Made by a program: the position numbers and the translations under genes
Notes under the pieces: model-generated
What the model was told of the DNA's origin: nothing
The model's database searches: none
The model's input: the letters and a program-made list of their open reading frames with translations, nothing else
Assembly: GCA_963823665.1 (NCBI GenBank)
Contig: CAWGMQ010000004.1
Location: forward strand, 2,848,001-2,912,000
Source: an uncultured Planctomycetota bacterium
Lineage (GTDB): Bacteria > Planctomycetota > Planctomycetia > Isosphaerales > Isosphaeraceae
Length of the DNA: 64,000 nucleotides
Direction: 5' to 3'
Shown here: positions 43,555 to 56,746 of the stretch, piece after piece
Layout: each line of letters starts with the position of its first letter
How positions within the stretch are numbered: position 1 is the first letter of the stretch

Positions 43555-46500
43555 CTAGGAAGCCGGCCCGGGCTGGCCGAGCAGCTTGGCGGCCTCACGC
43601 CAGAACGCGAGCAGGGCGGCATTCTCGGGATCGTTCTTTTTCGTCCACGGAGACCGCTTGCTCGAAGAAGGAACGGGACCGGTCCTTGTCGCCCTTCTGC
43701 CAGAGCGCCATTGCCAGGATGAACGCGTTGGAGGCGTCGACGTCCTTCGTCAGGGCAATCGACTGCTCGGCGGCGGCGATCGACTCGGCCCAGTGTCCGG
43801 AGCGGTACTCGGCCAGGGCCAGCGTGGTGTGGAAGCTGGGGTCGTTGGGGCGAAGCGCAACCGCCCGGCGAGTGTGCTCAATCGCCTCGGTCCGCTCTGA
43901 ATCACTGCAATCGGGCTTCTTAAGGATGGTCCGGGCGACGCCGTTGTGGGCATCGGCGAGGTTGGGCTGGATCTGGCTGGCGGTGCGGTATTCGGCGATC
44001 GCGTCTTCCCGCTTCCCCTGGAACTCAAAGATTTCGCCGAGGCCCATGTGGGCATCGGCGAGGTCAGGCAGGAGCCGGGCCGCGATGCGGTATTCGGCGA
44101 TCGCGTCATCGAGCTTTCCCTGCTGTTGAAGGGCGAAGCCGAGGTTGTCGTGAAATGGGGCGAATTCGGGCTGGAGTCGAATGGCCTCGCGGAATTCAGC
44201 GGCCGCGGCGGCGTGATCGTGCTTGACGCCGCTAAGAATGTGCCCAAGGGTGTTGTGGGCGAGGGCGAAATCGGGCTGGATGCGGATGGCGATTCGGTGC
44301 TCGGCGATCGCATCGTCCAGTTTCCCCTGCTTACCCAGGGCCTCAGAGAGATTGTTGTGGAAGGTCGCGTCCTCGGGCTGGATGCGGATGGCGGTGCGGT
44401 ACTCGGCGATAGCGTCATCCAGCTTGCCCTGCATGAACAAGGCGAAGCCGAGGCTGAAATGCGCATAGGCGTCGTCGGGGCTCTTGCGAATGGCCTCGCG
44501 ATTAGCCTCGGCGGCAGCTTCCAGGGTCGTCCTTGCTTCCTGCAAGCGGCCCTGGCCCAGCAGGGCCCTGCCCAGGCAGCCGAGGTGGCGGCCACCGCCG
44601 GGGCGTAGCCGCTTGAGGTCCTGGAAGACCGCGATCTCTTCTTGCCGCTCGCCCTCGTCGCCGAGGGCATGGGCCAGTTCGTGGGCCGTTTCGGGGCGGA
44701 GCGCCCGGGCTGCCATGTAATAGCGGATCGCGTCCTCCCGCCGGGACAGCTTTTCCAGCGCCCGGGCCAGGTCGTAGTTGATCCACACGTCGTCGGGGTG
44801 GCTCTGCTGGGCTCGCCGCAGCAAAGCCTCGGCCCCGACCGGGTCACCCGCGTCCTTGAGGGCCCGGCCCAGGAGGTCGAGGCTGACCGGCCCCAGCGAT
44901 TCGAACGGGGTGGCCTTGGCCAGCCCTCGTAGGGCCTCGAGGCGAGCGGCCTGATCGGGGAGGTCCAGGGCCCGGCGCAGGCCGAGGCGCCAGGGGTCGG
45001 GGTCAAGGGCGCTGGCCAGGGTGGATAACGCCGCGGCGCCGGCACGGTTTTTCCTCCGCTCGCGCCTGACCGCGGCCCAGTCGTCGATCGAGGTCGCCAC
45101 GGCCGTCGCGATTGCTGGCGGGCGGTCGCGGATCCGCTTGGCGGCCTCGTCCGGGGACAGTGCGGACACGTCCAGCCCGGCTTCGCGGAAAGCGTCTGCG
45201 TAGGCCGCATCGGTTCTCCAGCCGCCGCGGTCGTCGGCCTCGGCACTGCGAATGTCCACCAAGCGGTCCATCAGTTGCCGGTCGAGATCGGCGGCCACGG
45301 CCACGGACTCGGCGCGCCGCCGCTCGACCGCCAGCTCAGCCTCGAGGTCTTGCACCTGTTTGCGCATTGCCGGGTCGACACCAGGTTCCAGCAAGGCGCG
45401 CGCCTTCTCGGCGGCGCCGAAGGCCAGCTCCCAGGCGCCCATGTCGCCCACAGCCGCGCCCTGCGCCAGGCCGCGGAGCCGGATCGCGCCCTGGAGTGCG
45501 GCGTTGACACGCGCGGAGGCGACTTGCACTCGCTCCAGTCTCTGAAGCTCGATCCAGCGCCATCCGGCACCAACCAGGGTGCCAGCGACGAGGACGGTGG
45601 CCGCCAGGGCGGCGGTCAGTCTCCGCGCCTGCCGCTCGGCAGCCGCCTTGACCTCGGCCTCGTGCGCGCGGGCGCTCTCGGTGGCCCGGGAGAGCTCGGC
45701 TGCGCGCAGCCGGTCCTGCACCCCGGCCAGGTAGGCGGTCACGCGCTCGGCGACCACTCCGGCGTCGGCCGGCCGGTCCCTGGCGAGAGGGGCCAGGCAG
45801 TCGCGGGTGAGGAACTGGAGCTCAACCTCCGTGCCGCTATGCTCCAGTCGGTCAAGCGCGGCGGCCGTGTCCGCCCGCGCCGCCAATCGCAGAACGTCGA
45901 CCGCCGAGCCGCGAGGGAACGCCGGCGCGCCGGTCAGGATCTCGCAGAGGATCGAGCCCAGCGCGAAGACGTCGGCCCGGCGGTCGATCGAGTCGGTCTC
46001 GCCCCTGGCCTGCTCGGGGGCCATGTAGGATGGTGTGCCCAGCACCGAGCCGGTCTGGGAGAGGTCGCTATCGGCTGCAATCCGGAACGTGGCCACAACC
46101 GTCTGGTTGGCCGCCGCCTCAACTTGATCCTTCTTCGGTCCATCCTTGGGCAAAACCTTCGCCAGGCCCCAGTCCATGACCTGCACCTCGCCGAAAGACC
46201 CGACCATCACGTTGGACGGCTTCAGGTCGCGATGGATCACGCCGCGGGAGTGGGCGTAAGCCATCGTCTGGCAAATCGCCTCGAAGATCGACAGGAACCG
46301 GGGCAGGTCCGGCTCGGCCCCGCGCTCGGTGAGGAGCGCCGCCAACGTCTGGCCCTTCACCAGCTTCATCGTGAAGAATGGCCGGTGGTCGGCCAGCGTG
46401 CCGAGATCATACACCGGCACGACGCCGGGGTGCTGGAGCTGACCGCAGATCTGGGCCTCCTCGACGAAGCGGTCGACCAGGTCGGAGCGGTCGCGATGTT

Positions 46501-47119
46501 GATCGAGCAAGATCTTGAGCGCCAGGTCGCGGCCCAGGTCCGGGTCGCGGCCCCGCAGCACCAGCCCCATCCCGCCGCGGGCGATTTCGCCCAGGAGCTG
46601 ATAGCGTCCGGCCCGAGCGTGGGGGCGACGCGCCCCATCACCGCTGTCATGGTCCGTCTCGTGCAGGACGACACGCGAGATGATCGTTTTCATCCCGGCG
46701 CCGATTCCCGCCAGGACGATGCTGCCGTCTTGGGCGGGCCCGACTTCGAGGTCGAGGGTCCGATCGCTGCTGGAGTCGGCGCGAGCCCCAAGCGTCGGCA
46801 GACCGGCAAGGCTGTCGTCGAGATCGGGGTCCTCGAGCCGGGCCAGTTCGCGCGCCGCCAGGACGCTCGTCGGGAGGGCGGCCAGGCTTCCGGCCGTGCT
46901 GCCGCCATGCTTCTTCACGTGCAGCCCAACCATCGAGTCGATCACGCCACGCTGGTCGGCATCCAGGGCGCCGGAATCGACCAGGTGATCGGCCAGCGGC
47001 CGATCCTTCTGGAGTGTCCAGGCCTGAAACGCGGCGACGAGCTGGAGCTGGTCGATGAGCCCATTCTGGAGCGCCAGCAGGCCGAAGAGCAGGTTGCGGT
47101 CCGCGCCCGAGCTGTCCAT
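43555..47119 (-). CDS. Ser/Thr protein kinase with TPR repeats (probable frameshift near 43650)
   Basis: DRNLLFGLLALQ N-terminus, IARGGMG, HRDLKPSN, DWGLAK, GTPSYMAPEQ, DVFALG, many TPRs. Correcting one base gives the C-terminus FWREAAKLLGQPGPAS*. Confidence 0.92.
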
Positions 47120-47378
47120 GCGCCGAGTCCCCGTGAATTGCGTACAGTGGTGCGGTCTCGCCGCACCGGGAGGTCCCCGGCGGCCCTTGCCACACGACGA
47201 TTGAACGCAATTATCACGCCCCGCACCCGGCTGCGGCAAGGGCCAGCAACGGTTCGCTCGTCGACCGGCGTGGCTTGTTACGCGGTACCTGCACCGGGCT
47301 TGGGGTCGTCGTCGAAAGCGCTGAGAACCGAAACGATTGGATCTTAACAAGAACCCCGGCGGCGTGCGCGTCCCGCGT

Positions 47379-47639
47379 TCAGCCGGGGGATTGAAATTCC
47401 TTGAGCACGGTCCGAACGACCTGCCATTCCTCGTAGGCGAAGTCGGGGTGGATATCCTTGTAACCTCGCCTGGACATGATCTGGATCGCCATCGATCGGT
47501 CCAGTGTCACAGTGGCGGCCTGGTCGCGGATTGCAAGAACCTCTTCACGGGTCAAGGGCGAACCCTTCGCCGCCTCATCGTGCGCGAGCAGGACGAGCAG
47601 CGCGGGCATGAACAGGGCAATTCGAGAGTCTTCGCTCAT
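47379..47639 (-). CDS. Small hypothetical protein
   Basis: MPALLVLL...KGSPLTREEVLAIRD...RGYKDIHP...EEWQ; isolated ORF. Confidence 0.65.
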   Translation of the reverse strand: MSEDSRIALFMPALLVLLAHDEAAKGSPLTREEVLAIRDQAATVTLDRSMAIQIMSRRGYKDIHPDFAYEEWQVVRTVLKEFQSPG

Positions 47640-48067
47640 CGGTGTCTGACGACATAAGTCAGCGGGCCGGTCCGGCGAACTGCTGATGATACCAGCACGG
47701 GCGAGGTGGCGGCACGGGTGCGCTGACTTTTGAACGTGCCCACAACGGCGACGTTTTTGGCGGCGGTGCCCTGAACGCGCCGAGCGGGATCGGCAAGGCG
47801 CCCGGCTTGCACTTTTCGGATAGACGTCAGTGTGTTCCGGCGGTTAAGGTGTAACTCAGAACAATTTACTCTTATGTACCGCATGATCGCTCAAGAACGA
47901 TCGGACTTCAAGGCCCGGTAGGTCGAGCCATGTGAGGGCTCGCCTCGTCGATGCCGGTAAGCGGGCCTTCGATTCGCGCATCTCGATAATTCCGAACCAA
48001 TCACGTTCGATGAACCTGGACAGCGCCGCGCTAGTCTCGGACTTCGATCGAAAAAGGAGCCACAGGA

Positions 48068-49018
48068 ATGAGATTCGTCTGTCTTTCGCTGGGCGCGTTC
48101 TTGCTCGTGACGTGTCCCGGCCTCTTTGCTCAGGACTCGGCGCGGAGGGAGAGGGCTCGTGTAGAGGGTGCGAAGGCCGCCGAACCCGGCGGCGACGAAA
48201 AGGCGATTGCGGGCCTGGTCGCGGCATTCACCAAGGCGTTCAATGGGGGCGACGCGGCGGCGGCGGCGGCGACTTTTGCAGAGGATGCCCTGGTCGTTGA
48301 CGAGCACGGCGGGCGGATCGAAGGCCGCGCGGCCATCCGCGCCGGGCTTGCGGCGTCATTCAGCGAAAACCCCGGCGGCACGATTGCCATCAAGGTCAAC
48401 TCTTTGCGCTTTCTCGGCCCCGACACGGCCCTCGAGGAGGGGCGGACGACCATCACGCCGGCCGCGGCGGGTGCGTCGCCGGAGATCACTCGCTTCACCG
48501 TCGTCTACATGAAGAAGAACGGCGAGTGGCTTCAAGCCGCCGTCCGCGATGAGCATGCCCATGACCTGGGTCCCCACGAGCGCCTCAAGGAGCTTGAATG
48601 GCTGGTCGGGGAGTGGATCAACGAGAGCCAGGATGCCGTCGTCAACACCACCTGCAAGTGGAGCCAAGACGGCAACTTCCTCATCCGCGAATTCACCATG
48701 AAGACCCAAGGTCAGCCGGTGCTCTCCGGCACGCAGCGAATCGGATGGGACGCGGTGAAGCGTCAGTTCAAGACATGGATCTTCGACTCCGAGGGGGGCT
48801 TCGGCGAAGGGTACTTCACCCGCGATGGCAATCGCTGGCTGGTCAAGGCCGAAGGCGTGCGACAGGACGGCCAACCCGCGTCGGCCACAAACATCATCAC
48901 TCGGGTGGGCAAGGATCGGATCGGTTGGCAGTCGGTCGAGCGCACGCTGGGAGGTGCCGCGATTGCGGGGATCAACGAATTCACCCTCGTGCGCAAGCCA
49001 CCAGACCCCAACAAGTAA
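48068..49018 (+). CDS. Secreted SgcJ/EcaC-like (NTF2/DUF4440) protein
   Basis: Signal peptide, AFTKAFNGGDA...GRAAI, LKELEWLVGEW, IGWD...TWIFDSEGGFG. Confidence 0.8.
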   Translation: MRFVCLSLGAFLLVTCPGLFAQDSARRERARVEGAKAAEPGGDEKAIAGLVAAFTKAFNGGDAAAAAATFAEDALVVDEHGGRIEGRAAIRAGLAASFSENPGGTIAIKVNSLRFLGPDTALEEGRTTITPAAAGASPEITRFTVVYMKKNGEWLQAAVRDEHAHDLGPHERLKELEWLVGEWINESQDAVVNTTCKWSQDGNFLIREFTMKTQGQPVLSGTQRIGWDAVKRQFKTWIFDSEGGFGEGYFTRDGNRWLVKAEGVRQDGQPASATNIITRVGKDRIGWQSVERTLGGAAIAGINEFTLVRKPPDPNK

Positions 49019-49074
49019 GAACACGCTAATTTGTCGGGAATTTCGTTCAACTTTCATCTTCCAGGACACACTTC

Positions 49075-50577
49075 ATGACGCGCAGACTTTCGGAGCTGGC
49101 CCTCGGGACGGCGCTGGTGATTCTGGCTTGCCCGCCTGACATTTTTGCAGGCCGCGGCGGCGGTTACGCTGGGCGCGGCGGCGGCGGCGGTTACGGTGGT
49201 GGCGGTTACCACGGTGGCGGCGGCGGCGGTTACGGTGGCGGCAGCGCTTATGGCCATGGGGGCGGAACACCTTCGTTCAGCCAGCCACGACAGGCGACAG
49301 GTCAGTCGGGATACGGTGGCGGCTCGAGTGCGGCGAATCACCCTGCGGGTGCCGCTGCTGCGGGCGCGGGCTATGCCAATCACAACCAGAGCCAGAGCTT
49401 GAATCACCCGGGGGCCGCGGGTGCCGCCGCGGGCGCGGGCTACGCAAATAACAACCAGGCCTTGAATCACCCCGGGGCCGCGGGTGCCGCCGCGGGCGCG
49501 GGCTATGCGAACAATCACTCCGGCATAAACGGCGCCTGGGGCAGCGGCTACGGTGCCTACGGTGGGATGGGCTACGGCTCGGGCTATGGCGGGGTCGGGG
49601 CGTGGGGAGTCGGCTCGCCGATGTACGGCTGGGGCTATTCGGGCTATAGCAATCCTTACTATGGTGCCGCGGGCGTGGGTGGCGTTGGACAGCAGCCCGG
49701 CGGCGCGGCTCAGCAAGGCGCGGGGGCGGGCTACAATTACTCCCAGCCGATCAGCACGACGGCGGCGCCGCCCGACCAGGCGGTCGCCAATCAGGCAAAC
49801 ACGGGGTTTGACCAGGCCCGCGACGCATTCAAGGCGGGCGACTACGCCAAAGCCCTGCAGGTCGACCAGCAGGCGCTCGCGCAGACACCCAATGACAGGA
49901 CGTTGCACGAGTTTCTCGCCCTCGTGTTCTTTGCTCAAGGCAAGTACGACCAGGCCGCCGAGCCGCTCTACGCGGTGCTCTCGGTTGCGCCCGGCTGGGA
50001 CTGGACGACACTGAGCGGAATGTACCCCGACGTCGAGACCTACACGGGTCAGCTTCGGGCGCTCGAGGCGGGCGTCAAGGCGAACCCACAATCGGCCCAT
50101 GTCCGCTTCGTGCTGGCCTACCAGTACCTGTGTCAGGGGCATGTCGAGAACGCGGTCGCGCAGCTCAAGGAGGTTGTGAAGCTCCAGCCGGCGGACACGC
50201 TTTCGGCGCAGCTCATCGCCTACTACCAGCCCGCGGGCAGTGCCCAACCGCCCGCCGCGGAGCCGGCCACAAACGGCGCGCCGGCTTTCCAGGGCAAGCT
50301 GGCGGGGAACTGGGTGGCCACACCCGTCGCAAACGCGAAGATCGCGCTAGTAATCAAGGACGACGGTAAATTCAACTGGGATGCTGCGAGTGCGGGTAAG
50401 CCGCCGACCGAGATCGCGGGGGCCTCAACCTTCGCCGACGGAGTCCTCACGCTCACGGCCCAGGGAAAACAGAATGGGGCGCTGGCGGGAAAGGTGGCGT
50501 GGCAAGATGCCGATCACTTTACCTTCCGGGCCATCGGTGCGCCACAGGGCGACCCGGGGCTGGCATTCGCGCGCTGA
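49075..50577 (+). CDS. Secreted Gly-rich TPR protein
   Basis: Signal peptide, G/Y-rich low-complexity region with three NHPG/A..AAAGAGYAN repeats, TPRs (FDQARDAFKAGDY...LHEFLAL..FAQGKY). Confidence 0.8.
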   Translation: MTRRLSELALGTALVILACPPDIFAGRGGGYAGRGGGGGYGGGGYHGGGGGGYGGGSAYGHGGGTPSFSQPRQATGQSGYGGGSSAANHPAGAAAAGAGYANHNQSQSLNHPGAAGAAAGAGYANNNQALNHPGAAGAAAGAGYANNHSGINGAWGSGYGAYGGMGYGSGYGGVGAWGVGSPMYGWGYSGYSNPYYGAAGVGGVGQQPGGAAQQGAGAGYNYSQPISTTAAPPDQAVANQANTGFDQARDAFKAGDYAKALQVDQQALAQTPNDRTLHEFLALVFFAQGKYDQAAEPLYAVLSVAPGWDWTTLSGMYPDVETYTGQLRALEAGVKANPQSAHVRFVLAYQYLCQGHVENAVAQLKEVVKLQPADTLSAQLIAYYQPAGSAQPPAAEPATNGAPAFQGKLAGNWVATPVANAKIALVIKDDGKFNWDAASAGKPPTEIAGASTFADGVLTLTAQGKQNGALAGKVAWQDADHFTFRAIGAPQGDPGLAFAR

Positions 50578-50697
50578 GTTGTGATCGATGACGGCGATGA
50601 GGACCGTGCGAAGCCGCTCAATGATCGGTGTCTTTGCCTATTGAGACGCGACCTGGCACAAGTGGTCTCCAGAACGACGATTAGGAGCATTCCGGGC

Positions 50698-52464
<1,767 letters not shown>

Positions 52465-52579
52465 TCGGAATCAGAGCTGGTGCACGGCAAGGCTGGGCGA
52501 TTCTGGTCGAAACGAATCAGGCGTCACCGCCTTGCTTTGCTGATCACGCAATGTCTTTTGACGGAGGATCTCCACGATC

Positions 52580-52934
52580 GTGAGCCCCGCTGAGATGGCC
52601 GCGCTCTTTGGAAGCACCTTGAGCGTCTTGGCGGGGGGCGTCGGCCTGTTCCGACCCGAGAAGGTCGCGGCGATCCTTGGAATTGAACGTCCCGATCTCT
52701 TATGTCTCGTCGAGCTGCGCGGTGTTCGGCGGCATGCTCACGATGCTCGGCATATCTTGCATGGTCGTGCGCGACCCTCGGGCATACCTCGTGGCGGGCC
52801 TGGCTTATGTTGGGCTGGCCTTCGTCAAGGCGATCGCGCTTGTCGTGGATAAGCCGGCTCCTGGAAAGGTAGTCCCTGGCCTCCTGGTCGATGCGGCAAT
52901 CGGGCTCTCGCTGGCTGCCGGTTTCTGGGCGTGA
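52580..52934 (+). CDS. Small membrane protein, DUF4345-like (frameshift near 52718)
   Basis: Joined frames read ...ELRAVFGG... with about four TM helices. Confidence 0.55.
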
Positions 52935-52970
52935 CGTATCTGTCGACCGCAAATCAGCGACCCGACGGCA

Positions 52971-54020
52971 TCACTCTCTACGGGCGCGCGCTTTTCGGCT
53001 CGCCAGCTCCGCATGCCATCTCGCGCGGTTGATGCAGCCGACAGGAGCGTTATCCGGTGAGGAGTGCTCGGTGACGTCGATGTACATCGAGTCGGACGCG
53101 TCGGAAGAGAGCAGCGATCTGGGAAGGAGCGTGAGCCGGCCGACTGTGTGAAACGGTGCTTGCGTTTCCTTCCATAGGACGCTGGCATTCTCAATCCAGA
53201 AGCTGGCATCCCGGCGCTTGCCGCGGTCGGTCATTCTTTCGGTGTCCAGGAACTGGATCGCGAAGTCGAACGAGCTCATCGTGGCGTCTTCGTTCAGGTG
53301 GCGAATCAACTCGTCCTGAAGGGCGTTGGGATTTTTTTTCGCTAGCGGGCGTGCGGGATTGGCGGCGCCCGGCGTGGCCGAGTACTTCACGACGTCCGCC
53401 GATCCGTGACGGAACGGCACGTTGCTCCAGTAGCGCAGTCGCTGATAGGGCCGAATCGCTTGCCGTGTCTGCAACTTTCCTTTGATCAAGCTCGTGGAGA
53501 AGATCAACTTGTCGCGGAACGGCGACGACCACAGGGCCCTGGCCGGATAGGGCGCCCCGAGCACCCGTGCCAGCACCGCGAACGCGTGTACGTCGTTGAT
53601 GGGGAGCGTGGTCGCGCTCTGCAACGAGTAATCCTGCCGCGCGGCGCTCGAGGCAGTGCCCGTCAGATCACCTGGCTCGAGCTCGACGGAGAACGAGAGC
53701 GCACGTACGTCGGGTTTGAGATCGGAGTTGGCCTTGGGATCTGAGTTGGAGAATCTCAGCGTGGCGGGGTAGACGCCGGGCTTGGCGTAGATGCCCTGGG
53801 CGAGCCGCGCGGCGAGCGCTGGATCGCGGTTCGCGGCGACGTCGAAGACCTCGAACTCGGCTCGGGCGCACACGCCTTTCGCGTGGGTCGCTCGGCGGGG
53901 GCGCCCGTCCGGTCCGGACAATCGTGCCTGGAGCGCGAGAAACCCCTGGACGATTTCTGCAATGTCGGCCTCGAACGCGGCAAGATCCTGCTCAGGCGCC
54001 TGTCCAGTCACAACCGGCAT
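52971..54020 (-). CDS. Catalase-like heme protein
   Basis: RATHAKG, GIYA.PG.YPA.LRFSN, YWSNVPF..G...VKYS, FDFAIQ, IENAS..W, PVG.INRAR. Confidence 0.8.
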   Translation of the reverse strand: MPVVTGQAPEQDLAAFEADIAEIVQGFLALQARLSGPDGRPRRATHAKGVCARAEFEVFDVAANRDPALAARLAQGIYAKPGVYPATLRFSNSDPKANSDLKPDVRALSFSVELEPGDLTGTASSAARQDYSLQSATTLPINDVHAFAVLARVLGAPYPARALWSSPFRDKLIFSTSLIKGKLQTRQAIRPYQRLRYWSNVPFRHGSADVVKYSATPGAANPARPLAKKNPNALQDELIRHLNEDATMSSFDFAIQFLDTERMTDRGKRRDASFWIENASVLWKETQAPFHTVGRLTLLPRSLLSSDASDSMYIDVTEHSSPDNAPVGCINRARWHAELASRKARARRE

Positions 54021-54041
54021 GATGGGCCCTCGTCACGCTTG

Positions 54042-55612
54042 TCATTCCAGCCCGGCGATGAATTTGATTGCGGTCAGGCCCGGCAGGAAGCAATAGGCCG
54101 CCGCCTGTGTGGTCGTGAAGCTGGAAAAGCCGGTGATCTTGATCAGAGGCGCGCCGGAGGCTTGGGGGATCACGAAGATGCTTTCGGCCGGGTTCTGGGT
54201 GCCGATGATCGGATCTTTCGCCTCGCGATTCAGCCGAACGGCTCCGGCGAATTCGCTGTCCTGGACCCACTGGCTCAGAACGAATTCATACTGGTTCTCG
54301 ATGTTGGAGTTGATGAAGTAGCCGAGGAGGCCCCGCTCGTGTCCGTCGTTCGGTTGAGCCGGATCATAAGCAGGGCCGTACGGCAGGCCGCGACGGATGA
54401 GCCGGTGGGAGTTGTTGCTGCCGCCGGGCTCTCCCTGGCCGCTGATGGGCTGGCCGCGCGGATTGATCCGGCGGATGTGCGCCCGACCGGACAGCGCAGG
54501 CCTTTCGGGTCACCCGATCCGTCGGCATTCACATACTCGAAGTTGTTTAGTTGGTCGGGCGAGATCCCACCGGGGGGGCTATCGGTATCGGGGGAGAGCG
54601 CCAGTGGAACGCCGTTGCGCCATCGTCCGCACATCTTGGCGGCGAGCAGTTCGGGATCGATCCGGTCCTTGTTCGACTGCAGATAGTTCTCGAAGCCGAC
54701 CACATCGGTCCGGATCATCTTGAAGACGGCAAAACTTCCGTTGCGGCCCAGTTCGGGAGGCTCGGGCACCAGGTAATTCTCGGCTTCGTCGAGCAAGACG
54801 AACAGCCAGGGTTCACACGGTTCTTGGTGGTCAGGCTTGTAGCGTTCCGGGCCGCCGCGGATGGTCGTCATGCTGATGCCGTCGACGTAACCGAAATGAA
54901 CCTTGAAAACCGGCTCGGGGCTGCCTTCCTGCATCTGCATGATCGCCATACCGTCGCCGCGCCAGATTTCCTGGAAAGCACGATCAAGGGCAAAAAGCGC
55001 GGACAGGCGTGCGCTGTAGGCCGCCAGAGCCTCGGGGGTTGCGGCGTGCAGCGTCAGCATGACGTGATCGCTGCCCGTCCCGAATCCACCGAGCCAGTGC
55101 TCCGGGGCGTTCGCGCCGGTGTCGCCGACCAATACCGCTCGCGCGGCTGCTCCGGCGACGAACGCGTTGAACGACTTGAAGGAGAGGCTGGGAACACGAT
55201 CCTTGACTTCGAGCGCCAGCAACCCCGGCCAGGTGATGCCCAGGTTCAGGCAATAGTCGGGCTTGCAGCGAGGTGGGTCGGTCAGGTTATCCCCGGGGCC
55301 GGGCTCGAGCCCGACATGCCAGTCCTTGGCCGTCGTGATCTGCGGCGCGTCGGTTTCGTCGCCGCCGGCGAGCCGCCCGAGCAGCTTGCGTGCGGCCGCC
55401 GGGACATCCACTTTCAGCAGGAAGTGCCGGACGACCGGCATGCGGTAGGTGCGCAGGATGATGCCCTGGATGTCTTCGAGATCGAGCGCGCTTTTGCGCC
55501 CATCTTGCGAGTGGAAATCCGAGCCCGAACCATGGACCCCACCGAAGAGCCGGTGGAGCAACCCGTGGCTTTCCCTTTCTTTGGGAGTTTTCGGGTTGAT
55601 GTCGTTGCTCAT
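54042..55612 (-). CDS. DyP-type peroxidase (frameshift near 54483)
   Basis: DIQG.IL, HFGYVDGIS (GxxDG), GRWRNG.P, and after correction CPVGAHIRRINPR and RLIRRGLPYGP. Confidence 0.88.
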
Positions 55613-55684
55613 CGCGCGTCTCCGTCTCGACTTGCGGAAAGGGAACTCGTTTCTCCAGCAGGGACACATGGGATGCCGGATCGA

Positions 55685-56551
55685 TCACAAGCGATTCTGG
55701 GCCGCTGATCCGGCGCTCTCGGCGATCAGGGCCTTGACGTCCAGAACGGTCAGATCCGGATAGGCCTGGTAGAAGCCGATGGGTGCGCGGTTGGCGACTG
55801 CCGCAAAATCGATGAACTCCTGGACGTATTTTCTGCACGGCGAGGGGGGCGGGTTCTTGACGAACTTGAACAAGACATCAAAGAGTTCCCCTATGTTGCG
55901 AGTGAAGTCATCGATGTACTTCTCGAACGAGCCGTCGTAAACGGTGAAGAAGCCCATCTGCCGGTCCCCAAGCGGGATGAATTGAGCGAAGTGGGGAGTG
56001 CCGACCTTGTCCAGGTCTACGGGGATGCTGTGACTCTTCACCCTCAGGAGGAGCTGGAGCTCGACATAAGCAAGAGGCGATTTGGTAGGCAGGATCACCA
56101 GGAATACGTTCGGCCGGCTGGCGCCCTTGACGCCAGCGGCGGCGGCCAGGGCCCTGATCTCCTTGGCGGTCGCTCCGGGGTAGGCGGTGTAGGTGAAGGC
56201 CGAATGAAGAAGATGATCCGCGGTCCACTCGACGAACGCTTCCGCGTTACTGCCGACCGGGGTTTGGGGCGGGTTGTCGACGTGCGCGAGGATGGTGTCG
56301 AACACCGGTGCGGCGTGACTGGCCAGTTCAAGCATGAGCTGCCCGAACTCGCCGTCAAAGTCGCCGAGGAAGAGCATGGTCTTCTCGCTCAGCTCCGTGA
56401 ACCGCGAATAATGCACCGTGCCGATTGAGTCGAGCGCCTGGAACATGTCCGGCATGAGCGCCGGCAGTTTCTGCGCAGCCGCTCTGGCGTCTGCTGGTGA
56501 CTTCATGGGAAAGGCCAGTGTGAAATGGCTCTGACGCAGAGGACGACTCAT
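55685..56551 (-). CDS. Hypothetical protein with two internally repeated alpha/beta domains
   Basis: GTVHYSRF...GDFDGEF and GTPHFAQF...TVYDGSF repeats. Confidence 0.75.
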   Translation of the reverse strand: MSRPLRQSHFTLAFPMKSPADARAAAQKLPALMPDMFQALDSIGTVHYSRFTELSEKTMLFLGDFDGEFGQLMLELASHAAPVFDTILAHVDNPPQTPVGSNAEAFVEWTADHLLHSAFTYTAYPGATAKEIRALAAAAGVKGASRPNVFLVILPTKSPLAYVELQLLLRVKSHSIPVDLDKVGTPHFAQFIPLGDRQMGFFTVYDGSFEKYIDDFTRNIGELFDVLFKFVKNPPPSPCRKYVQEFIDFAAVANRAPIGFYQAYPDLTVLDVKALIAESAGSAAQNRL

Positions 56552-56746
56552 CGGGAGATCTCCGGCGGTGTGCAGACACCGGGCTCAGTTAAGAGGAGTT
56601 CGCCATCGAATCGATTGTATGTCACGACCGCCCATCCCGAGATCGAATCATCGCCGGTAGGACCGCCTCGATCCGAGGCCCGAACTCAGGTATCTTGGTG
56701 CGGAGCTGGTCGTTCCAACGTGTGACTTTATCTGCGGCCGGGACTC

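Noticed and set aside
54042..54100. Encapsulin cargo-loading peptide on the DyP
   Set aside because: The corrected C-terminus ends IKFIAGLE with no GSL.IGSL-type tail, and no encapsulin gene is nearby.
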